Shown piece by piece: positions 18,101 through 24,816 of a stretch of 64,000 nucleotides of DNA. The stretch comes from Elusimicrobiota bacterium (lineage in GTDB: Bacteria > Elusimicrobiota > Elusimicrobia > UBA1565 > UBA9628), in NCBI GenBank assembly GCA_038211115.1, contig JBBQVX010000003.1:2376-66375 (forward strand). The letters are read 5' to 3'. Position numbers and translations under genes: made by a program. The number at the start of each line of letters is the position of its first letter. Within the stretch, counting starts at the first letter, position 1. The notes below the pieces were generated by a model. The model was not told where the DNA came from. It ran no database searches and worked only from the letters and a program-made list of their open reading frames with translations.

Positions 18101-18697
18101 CCGTTCACGGGCGGCAAGAAGACGATCGGCGCGCACCGGCTCGTGCAGGCCCTCGTCGCGGCGCTCGCCGGCGCCTGGGTGTTCACGAAGATCGTGCCCG
18201 GCAGCGCGCTCGCGGCCGCCGCGGCCGTCGCGATCGTCGCCGGCCTGATGGCGCTCTCCGCGCGCATCACCGACAAGGGCTGGATCAAGTTCGCCGGCCT
18301 CGGCTTCGCCACCGTCTGGCTGCCGTTCGTCGTGTGGATGTGGCCGCTCGCGATCCCGTTCCTGACCGTGCAGACCGCGATGTTCATCAGCCTGATCGCG
18401 GCCGGCCTGTTCAACGGCCCGAGCTTCGTGAGCCTCATCATCTATCTGCAGCGCAACACGGCGCGCTCGGAAAGCAGCGAGGTCACCGGCATCCAGGGTT
18501 CGCTGTTCAACGCGTCGATCTCGGCCGCGTACGCGCTGATCACGATCATCAGCGGCTTCCTCAATCCCGCCTACCCGATGGTGCTCGCCGCGATCGGCCT
18601 CATCAACGTGCTCATCGGCATGAAGTTCTGGAACGCCGACAAGAGCCTGCCGGGCCTGCCGAAGACCTTCTTCACTCCTAAAGCCCCGAAGAAGTAG
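15146..18697 (+). CDS. Array protein 5 (~1183 aa): shared N-terminal module + HAD phosphatase domain + MFS-like permease
   Basis: Track ORF 14714..18697 overlaps gene 4 in its 5' part. The likely start is ATG 15146 (MKMTRQALAVILSILVAEASFPQYALA|QVIGN); 15137 and 15152 are alternatives. LSPAPSLLAPSLLGGVPVLSAPSILTPL. Canonical HAD motif I FDYDDTL (~16010-16030), ILTDRP, LLVGDSFFG..DADM. Polytopic MFS-like block at ~16900-18697. Confidence 0.85.
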   Translation: MKMTRQALAVILSILVAEASFPQYALAQVIGNSGSAAGISGVSGVVPKIELNGGFSALSPAPSLLAPSLLGGVPVLSAPSILTPLVVNPISAIPVLPISALSGVPAAARALAVNAPVDAAKIPFNAQSQLTLTGEKLTAAAAKGSDQSGILDTFFTGAKEIASTLTGETAAGFPAALAPQLSAPSIGDGKAVAPTPITLEAMAIDPAKSIAVRQDAVAQLAKTDGSKESLQRVADANPQGGAADYEIHRSALKALAEQGVVKSLRAVSEAHKEELLARLVSDKPSSAVFDYDDTLEKFREPISPAVAAGLQASNDAGVKTAILTDRPDAKKNDKDVTVLDSIASMTPAQKAKLTVGSNSGARLSTFDSEGKQVVAFDAALKFTEAQAAAITAASAKTADKFGRFEYNGAEENLSAFKWVRFLPLGMPAETVQAAAEFMQAELDAAGAGVTVSGRQAADAKNPSYLTISLLDKTVGIQALREKAGFGGPMLLVGDSFFGTRMVDADMTKAAGAGSLTLAVGGLADPRIDNVFVWPTKGAEASAEILGALGTAKPAAPKGALRRLGDKLLNLIGWNAPVVKAPGADDPINWKTFLGLVIPRIPSMGAYMLVTIAFVAIAVPVVGWTGYGVMMSLSPMAGIAASKIMGKAVKNMSARNAMALNTLLRVGSLMLLPTFWFFGVVNVGTILLGALAEGWLLSSMMMTEGSFIKVLFPAKQLGNINGALFQMFPAVQVILGLFLGIGHFADMINPFMVFAGAAAINLLVVLPIVWKMIPNVMLSDAPAAAKAALVPFKTKALAFLKDNAKPLLALAVAIGLFAAMTFWAPIATLPFLVAHAGLKTSLPITAALVYWISRSAAFKGLVKGRTSEASAEEKALVEKRGTLASEIADLRRGGADIASVGAKEDELAAVSSELATHQGRQWKSIKMMALGTAMYYPLYLIAAPHVAEILAGPQHKGAMIGQFLGALFFGSWISTAARTKFPDIKIPFTGGKKTIGAHRLVQALVAALAGAWVFTKIVPGSALAAAAAVAIVAGLMALSARITDKGWIKFAGLGFATVWLPFVVWMWPLAIPFLTVQTAMFISLIAAGLFNGPSFVSLIIYLQRNTARSESSEVTGIQGSLFNASISAAYALITIISGFLNPAYPMVLAAIGLINVLIGMKFWNADKSLPGLPKTFFTPKAPKK

Positions 18698-18709
18698 AAT
18701 CCGGGGCCC

Positions 18710-19000
18710 ATGCCAGCGCCCATCGTCGCGTCCATCGACTTCACGCCCCCGGCGGACGTCTCGTCCGGAGACTGCGAACTGTCGGTCGTCTTCGAGGACG
18801 GCGGCGGCTCGACATTCAAGGCCGCGACCTTCGATCGCGCCGAGGCGTGGATGGCCGGGGCCAAGTCGAAGGCGTGGTGGTCCGAGCCCGTGCTGTTCGT
18901 CGAGCGGCTCGACCCGAAGACGGTGCGAGCCGCCGTGGACGCGATGGCCGCCGAGATGGGCGGCTACTGGCTGCGCTATTACCACCGGAGAAAAGCGTGA
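18710..19000 (+). CDS. Small cytoplasmic protein, paralogue A (96 aa), unknown function
   Basis: Starts 12 nt after the gene 5 stop. Alignable by eye with the next ORF (..DGGGSTFKAATF..W...KAWWSEPVLFVERLD...AAVDAMAAE..YWLRY vs ..DGRQFTLLAATPSW...KFYYGPAVLFLKKMD...KAAKEMMAE..LLVRY). Confidence 0.6.
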   Translation: MPAPIVASIDFTPPADVSSGDCELSVVFEDGGGSTFKAATFDRAEAWMAGAKSKAWWSEPVLFVERLDPKTVRAAVDAMAAEMGGYWLRYYHRRKA

Positions 19001-19341
19001 GCCCGGTCTCGAACGCGGTCGGCCACATCGAGCTCGCGCACTTGTCCGATCCGGGCCGTCCCGAGCACGCGTGCGGCGTGATCGAGGTCTATCTCAAGGA
19101 CGGCCGGCAGTTCACCTTGCTCGCCGCGACGCCCTCCTGGTTCAAGGACGAGCTCACCCGGCTCAAGCTCAAGTTCTACTACGGCCCGGCCGTGCTGTTC
19201 CTCAAGAAGATGGATCTCGTCGCCGCGCGCAAGGCCGCCAAGGAGATGATGGCCGAGAACGAGCAGCTTCTCGTCCGCTACGACACGCCGCGGCGCACCT
19301 TGCCCGACATCCTCGCCGCCTTCCGCGCCGGTCATCCATGA
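18997..19341 (+). CDS. Small cytoplasmic protein, paralogue B (114 aa), unknown function
   Basis: GTG 18997 overlaps the previous stop (GTGA). In frame with track ORF 18847..19341, whose 5' part overlaps paralogue A. Confidence 0.55.
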   Translation: MSPVSNAVGHIELAHLSDPGRPEHACGVIEVYLKDGRQFTLLAATPSWFKDELTRLKLKFYYGPAVLFLKKMDLVAARKAAKEMMAENEQLLVRYDTPRRTLPDILAAFRAGHP

Positions 19342-19694
19342 CGGAAATCAAAACGGAGCGGCCGCTACTCCGTCTCGCGCTCGAAAATCCGATACCCTCC
19401 CTGCTTGCGGTGAGCTTCGTCGCGATGTGCGCCGTGCTCGGCATCGAGGAGCTCGAGGCTGGCCCGCACGCGATCCGCTGGCTGTCCCGGCATCACGCCT
19501 CCGTCGCGGTGATCAAGCAGGCCCTCTGCATGGCCGCGATTCCCGGGTTCGTCTTTCTGATGTATTGGAACTTCCGCGATAACATGCGGCGATCGAAGGA
19601 GCCGATGCCGCGGCTGAAGGCCATCGTGATCGGGACTTTGCTCGGCGGGGCCGTGCTGTACGGCGTGCTCTGGTACTTTCTATTCCGCCGCTGA
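19338..19694 (+). CDS. Small membrane protein (118 aa, ~3 TM), unknown function
   Basis: ATG 19338 overlaps the previous stop (ATGA). MTEIKTERPLLRLALENPIPSLLAVSFVAMCAVLG...; hydrophobic segments at AVSFVAMCAVLG, ALCMAAIPGFVFLMYW and AIVIGTLLGGAVLYGVLWYFLF. Confidence 0.6.
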   Translation: MTEIKTERPLLRLALENPIPSLLAVSFVAMCAVLGIEELEAGPHAIRWLSRHHASVAVIKQALCMAAIPGFVFLMYWNFRDNMRRSKEPMPRLKAIVIGTLLGGAVLYGVLWYFLFRR

Positions 19695-19725
19695 ACGCCG
19701 CGACCTAGGGGGCCCATCGGTTCGC

Positions 19726-19790
19726 GGGCCGCTTGCCTTCGAGCGAATGGGCCCTTGGACCCCTCTCGCCGCGCGAGGGGGATTGATAAC
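19726..19790 (+). promoter_or_regulatory. Conserved upstream element + -10-like box of array gene 6
   Basis: GGGCCGCTTGCCTTCGAGCGAATGGGCCCTTGGACCC (19726-19762), 22 nt, GATAAC (19785-19790), 8 nt, ATG 19799. The 14-mer GGGCCCTTGGACCC is identical to 9846-9859. Confidence 0.45.
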
Positions 19791-19798
19791 ATCGGCCC

Positions 19799-22700
19799 AT
19801 GAAACGATTCATCGCGGCCGTGCTCTCGATTTCGCTCATCCTCGTCTCGGCGCCGCTCCCGGCCTGGTCTCAAGTTTCCTCCGTCATCTCGGGCTCGGCC
19901 GCCGGCGTGAACGGCGCCGCCGCGGGCGCCTCCGTGAACTCGGGGATCCCGCAGCTGGCCATGCCGTCGATGAGCCTCACGGCCCCGGCGCTCTCGGGCT
20001 TCCTCTCCGCGCCGATGGCCAACAGCCCGGTGCTCCAGCGCAACGCTCCGATCAACGCTTCCGTGCCCGTCGAGTCTCGCGTCGGCCTCGCGATCGCCGT
20101 TCCTCTGTCCGCCGAGACGCCGGCTCCGCTTCCCGCCGCCGCCGCGTCGGAGAAGCCCGTCGCGAAGCCCGCCGCGCTCAATCCCGTCACCGCCGACGCG
20201 AAGAGCCTCGCCTCGGCCCGCGTCGACGTCGCCGAAGCCGCGGGCGCGATCGAGAAGGGCTCCGTCTCCGGTTCGCGCTCCGCCGCCGCGCGCATGATGG
20301 ACCGCCTGCTCGGCCTCGAGGAGTCCGGCGACCGCGAGCCGATCGTCGAGGGCCTTCCGCCCGCCGGCATCCTGTCCGCCGGCCTGACTCCGTCCGACGT
20401 CAATGAGCCCGCAGCCTTCCGCTCGAACGTGCCTTCCCCGAACACGCCCGATTCCAACGGACCCCGGCGCACGAAGTTCGGCGGCGCGGTCAAGATGATC
20501 GTGACGTTCGCCGTGGGCGCGGCCGTCGCCGTCGGCCTGCAGGTCGCGGCCGTGGCGCTTCTTCCCGCCGTGTTCGGCGTGGTTCCCGTCGCGGCGGTCT
20601 GGGCCGTCAGCTCAGGCGTCCTGCTCTTCCCGCTGGCGCTGTACGCGCGCTGGCGCCTCGCCAAGCGCGACTCCCCGCGCCTGAACAAGGTCAAGACCGT
20701 CCTCGACTTCGCGCTCGGCGCCTTCGCCGGCGCCGCGTTCATCGCCCTGCCGAGCCTCGGCGTCGTCCTCACGAGCGCCGGCCTCATGACCGCCGCCCTG
20801 CCGCTCGCCGCCGTCGCCGGCGGACGCTGGTTCGGTAGCTCCTCGCTCGCGGACTCCGTGCTGACCTGGACCGCTCTCGGCGTGACGCCCGCGGTCGTGG
20901 GCGTCGCCGCGGCCGTCGGGCTCATCGGCCTCTCGCCGATCATCGGCCTGATGGCCCTGCCCGCGATGACGACGATCGCCTTCTTCCTCGGCCGGCTCAT
21001 TCACTCGGCCGAGACCGGCGCGCCGTTCGCCGTGCCCGGCGCGATGCAGAAGATCCGCTTCCCGTCGTTCCAGTGGGTCATGATCGGCGTCGTGTTCGCG
21101 CTGCTGACCGGCTTCGGCGCGGTCTACACGAACATCGCCTTCCTCGCGTGGAACTTCCTCGGCTCGCGCGAGATGAAGTGGGACAAGAGCAAGCCGGTCG
21201 GCAAGCGTCTGCTCGGCCTGCTCCTCAACTTCGACGTGCTGTACTTGGGCCTGCTCGCGTTCACGGCCGTCACGGCGTTCACGAGCCCGCTGACGTTCCT
21301 CGTCATCGCGTTCTCCGGCGAGCGCGCCGCGGTCTGGACCGAGCGCCTGCTGTCGAAGCTGCTGCCGAAGGCCGCCGCCTCTCCGTCGACGAAGGCCGCG
21401 CCGGTCGCGGATCCGGACCTGCTCGCCGACCGTGCGCCGAAGTGGCCCGCGTTCCATTATAGGGTCAAGACCGCGCTTATGCTCGTCTCGATGGCCGGAG
21501 CCGGCGTCCTGCTCTCCGTCACCGTCTTCGGCATCACAAGCCTGCTGACGAATCTCGCGATCGCCTCCGTTCTCGCGTTCATCCCGTTCTTCTTCGCGAA
21601 GAAGATCATCAAACTCATGATGAAGGCGAAGCCGACCACGAAGGATCAGGATCCCGAGTTCTTCTCGATCATGGAAGGCCTGCGCGACAAGATCAACGCC
21701 GACCGCCGCGCGAAGGGCAAGAAGGAAATCCCGATGCCCGAGATGGTCATCGACCCGATGGACGCCCCGAACGCCTACGCGACCGGCCGCAGCCCGTTCG
21801 CCGCGATGGTCGGCGTGACGAAGGGCATCAAGACGATGACCCTCGAGCCCGAGATCGTCCGCGACGGCGTGGTGCGCCTGATCGCCTCGACCGACGCCGG
21901 CACTAAGGAGTTCAAGGTCTTCCGCCGCGCGATCGCCGGCTCGGTGACCGGCATCCCCGCCGACGCGACGCCCGCGCAGGTGGCGGCCGCCGTGCTCAAG
22001 GCGGACCGCTCCGAGCTCAAGGCCCTCGGCGTGCGCATGCTGCGCGGCGTTTTGGGACATGAGTTCTCCCACGTGATGGACCGGCACATGCTGACGGGCT
22101 CGATCGGCGGCGCGATCGCCTCCGGCGTCGCGTTCGCGTCTTACGGCGTCATGTGGGCCGTCGGCCACGCGCAGGTCGCCGTCAAGAAGGCGTTCGGCTG
22201 GCGATCTAAAGAGGCGTCGCCGGAAGCTTCTGCGACCCGGCCGGATGGCGACGCCGGCGTCAAGCCCGAAGCCCTCGATCCGATCTCGACGGGCATCGTC
22301 ATCAAGTCCCTGCCCGCGCTGCTCCGCCTGTTCGCGGCGCTGTGGGCGCCGGTGGTGCTCCAGATCCTCCAGATGGCGTCGTCGCGCAACAACGAGGGCA
22401 TGGCCGATGAGGATGGCGCGCTCCTGAGCGAGGATCCGGAATCCCTCGCGCTGGCGCTCGGCCTGCTTACGACGTGGCGGCCCGCGGCGGGCTTCCGCTT
22501 GCCGGGCTCGGTGGTCCCGCGCGCGGCGTCGATGCAGCACATCATGATCGTCAACCCGCTCGAGCAGCTCGAGAACGCGGGCGCGCTCCCGAAGACCTCG
22601 GCGTCCGGCGGCCCGACGCGCGCCGACGACCTCATCTTCGAGTTGTTCATCACGCACCCGAACACCGGCGTGCGCATCCGCAAGCTCCACGACATGTCCG

Positions 22701-24673
22701 AAGCGATGCGGGGAATTCGTCCCGCCAAGCCCAAGCCGCCGGAAGGCGGAGGGGGCGGGGGAGGCGGAGACCCACGGGTCTCCTTCGTCCCGCACGCCGG
22801 TCCCGCCTCCGAGAACATCGGAGGCGGTCTTCTTCGGGGCGCATGGGCGAAGCTGAAGAGCTCCCTGCGCGTGCTCCCCGATGAAGGCCGCAACCGGCAG
22901 TTCTGGATCTTCGCGCTGGGCCAGGGCCTGATCATGCTCGGCGTCAACTTCCACTACACGGCGCTTCCGAAGCTCGTGGCGCCGACCAAGGAGGACGCGG
23001 TCAAGCTGGGCTACAACCGCGCGATCAACTGGGGCGCGCAGGCCGGGGCGTCCCTCGTCACCGGGCCGCTGATCGACCGGGCCTCCACGCAGAAGGTCGT
23101 CGTGTGGACCGGCGTCGCGCGCGCGGCCCTGATGATGCTCGTGCCGGTCCTCTTCTTCCAGGGCTACCTCGGCTTCGCCATGTTCGCTGCGCTGATCGCG
23201 GCGGCGGGCTTCCTGCAGATGGCGGCGACCACCGCCGGAACGGTCGCCTTCAACCGCATCCTCGCCGACGACGTGGACCACTACAACAAGGCGAACGGCG
23301 TGCTGACAATCGTCATGAACGCGGTCGGCGTGGTCGGGCCGCTGCTCGCGGGCGCCTTCATCGCGACGGTCAGCGCCCATTTCGGCCTGCTCAGCGGCAA
23401 CGCGATGGCCTACGCCGTCTACGGCGCGCTGATCCTCGCCTGCTCCGTCGTCTACACGCTGTGGCTCAAGCTGCCGCGCGACGAGATGATGGCGGCGCGG
23501 CGCGACCTGGGCGCGGTCCTCAAGCGGGACGGCGTCGGCGGCGCGGCGTACCGCGGAGTCACCGGCGGCCAGGTGGAGGGGCGCCCGGCCATCCTCGTCG
23601 AGGTGGACGGCGACGTCTCCGCGGCGGTCGTTCCCGCCGAGTTCGGCGGCTTCCCGGTCAAGGCGGTCGCCCGGCGCCGCGTGTTCAACGAGGTCGTCGA
23701 GGGCTTCAAGACGATCGTGCGCGACCGCTTCCTGTTCCGCTACCTGCTGTCGCTGACGCTGGCCGTCATGCTCGGCGACGGCCTGCTCTTCGCCGCGCTG
23801 CCGCGCTTCCTCGAGGACGTTCTTCACGCGGGCGCGGGCTCCTTCGGCCTGTTCCTCGCGGCGTCGTCGCTCGGCACGGGCCTCGGCTCGGGCCTCATGG
23901 CGTTCGCGCGCGACCCTCAGCAGATGGCGCTGGCGCCGTCGGCCCGCGTCTTCCGGTCCGAACTCTCTGCCCTCGAGCCCGCGCTGGACGCGAAGGCGCT
24001 CGACGCGGCCACGGCCGCCCTGCGCGGCGCGCTGCCGTCGGTGCTGGCTCGCTATAAAGAGGATTGGCTGAAGGGGGGGCCGGCCGTTTCGGGCGCGACG
24101 TTCGGAGCCGATCTCACGGGCGAGGGCGCGCGCGCGGTCGGCCTGGCGCTCGGGCGCTCCGAGGCCGAGGCCCTTTCGCTGCTCGAGGCGACCAGCGCCT
24201 CGAGCGACCTGCGCGCGTGGGCGAACCTTCGCGGCGCCAAACTCCTCGCGGGCGCGTTCAAGGACGCGACGACCGGCATGGACCGGCTCCAGCGCCAGGG
24301 CAAGTTCACCTCCTGGCTCCACGGCTTCTCGTGGCTCGCGTTCGCCGCGCTGTTCTTCTCCGGCAGCCTGCACCTGGCCGTCGCGCTGATGCTCGTGTCC
24401 TCGATCCTCGGCGCGCCCGCGTCCGTCGCGTGGACGTCGCTCACGACGAAGGTCGTGTCGGGCTCCTACAACGAGAGCCAGGGCAAGATCTACTCCGCGA
24501 TGTTCTTCTATCAGCTCGTCTTCGCGATCGCGGGCGTGCTGATCGTCGGCTGGCTGATGTCCGCCTTCGCCACGGGGACGGTCCTCTTGATCGCCGGCGG
24601 CGTCATGGGGCTGTGCGCGCTGATCGACTTCGTCTCGCCCTCGCTGATCTTCCCGATCGGCCGAAGGCGCTAG
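19799..24673 (+). CDS. Array protein 6 (1624 aa): shared N-terminal module + polytopic block + M48 (HtpX-like) Zn-peptidase + Gly8 linker + MFS-like permease
   Basis: Signal peptide ..SAPLPAWS|QVSSV; IPQLAMPSMSLTAPALSGFLSAPMANSPVL. TM block at ~20480-21650. M48 motifs DAPNAYATG, HEFSH (22058-22072), NEGMADEDGA and THPNTGVRIRKL. GGGGGGGG at ~22744-22767. MFS-like block at ~22890-24673 (GPLIDRASTQKVVVWTGVARA). Confidence 0.85.
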   Translation: MKRFIAAVLSISLILVSAPLPAWSQVSSVISGSAAGVNGAAAGASVNSGIPQLAMPSMSLTAPALSGFLSAPMANSPVLQRNAPINASVPVESRVGLAIAVPLSAETPAPLPAAAASEKPVAKPAALNPVTADAKSLASARVDVAEAAGAIEKGSVSGSRSAAARMMDRLLGLEESGDREPIVEGLPPAGILSAGLTPSDVNEPAAFRSNVPSPNTPDSNGPRRTKFGGAVKMIVTFAVGAAVAVGLQVAAVALLPAVFGVVPVAAVWAVSSGVLLFPLALYARWRLAKRDSPRLNKVKTVLDFALGAFAGAAFIALPSLGVVLTSAGLMTAALPLAAVAGGRWFGSSSLADSVLTWTALGVTPAVVGVAAAVGLIGLSPIIGLMALPAMTTIAFFLGRLIHSAETGAPFAVPGAMQKIRFPSFQWVMIGVVFALLTGFGAVYTNIAFLAWNFLGSREMKWDKSKPVGKRLLGLLLNFDVLYLGLLAFTAVTAFTSPLTFLVIAFSGERAAVWTERLLSKLLPKAAASPSTKAAPVADPDLLADRAPKWPAFHYRVKTALMLVSMAGAGVLLSVTVFGITSLLTNLAIASVLAFIPFFFAKKIIKLMMKAKPTTKDQDPEFFSIMEGLRDKINADRRAKGKKEIPMPEMVIDPMDAPNAYATGRSPFAAMVGVTKGIKTMTLEPEIVRDGVVRLIASTDAGTKEFKVFRRAIAGSVTGIPADATPAQVAAAVLKADRSELKALGVRMLRGVLGHEFSHVMDRHMLTGSIGGAIASGVAFASYGVMWAVGHAQVAVKKAFGWRSKEASPEASATRPDGDAGVKPEALDPISTGIVIKSLPALLRLFAALWAPVVLQILQMASSRNNEGMADEDGALLSEDPESLALALGLLTTWRPAAGFRLPGSVVPRAASMQHIMIVNPLEQLENAGALPKTSASGGPTRADDLIFELFITHPNTGVRIRKLHDMSEAMRGIRPAKPKPPEGGGGGGGGDPRVSFVPHAGPASENIGGGLLRGAWAKLKSSLRVLPDEGRNRQFWIFALGQGLIMLGVNFHYTALPKLVAPTKEDAVKLGYNRAINWGAQAGASLVTGPLIDRASTQKVVVWTGVARAALMMLVPVLFFQGYLGFAMFAALIAAAGFLQMAATTAGTVAFNRILADDVDHYNKANGVLTIVMNAVGVVGPLLAGAFIATVSAHFGLLSGNAMAYAVYGALILACSVVYTLWLKLPRDEMMAARRDLGAVLKRDGVGGAAYRGVTGGQVEGRPAILVEVDGDVSAAVVPAEFGGFPVKAVARRRVFNEVVEGFKTIVRDRFLFRYLLSLTLAVMLGDGLLFAALPRFLEDVLHAGAGSFGLFLAASSLGTGLGSGLMAFARDPQQMALAPSARVFRSELSALEPALDAKALDAATAALRGALPSVLARYKEDWLKGGPAVSGATFGADLTGEGARAVGLALGRSEAEALSLLEATSASSDLRAWANLRGAKLLAGAFKDATTGMDRLQRQGKFTSWLHGFSWLAFAALFFSGSLHLAVALMLVSSILGAPASVAWTSLTTKVVSGSYNESQGKIYSAMFFYQLVFAIAGVLIVGWLMSAFATGTVLLIAGGVMGLCALIDFVSPSLIFPIGRRR

Positions 24674-24781
24674 CGCGGCCTCTCAGGCCCAATTCCGGAG
24701 TCCTATGGCCTCTCGTTCGTTGGGACCAATGCCAGGCCCTCGTTGGGACCTATGACCCGCCTAGGAATCCTCCTCGGGCGT

Positions 24782-24807
24782 TATAATTCAGGCAGACGCA
24801 AAAGGAG
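24782..24807 (+). promoter_or_regulatory. -10 box TATAAT and Shine-Dalgarno AAAGGAG of array gene 7
   Basis: TATAAT at 24782-24787 and AAAGGAG at 24801-24807, 9 nt before ATG 24817. This is the only array gene with an obvious leader and SD. Confidence 0.45.
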
Positions 24808-24816
24808 CCATACCGA

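Noticed and set aside
22741-22770. G-rich tract (GGAAGGCGGAGGGGGCGGGGGAGGCGGAGA), considered as a phase-variation or slippage site or a G-quadruplex.
   Set aside because: It is not a homopolymer or a perfect short tandem repeat; the longest G run is 5. It simply encodes the Gly8 linker. It is worth checking only as a possible assembly weak point.
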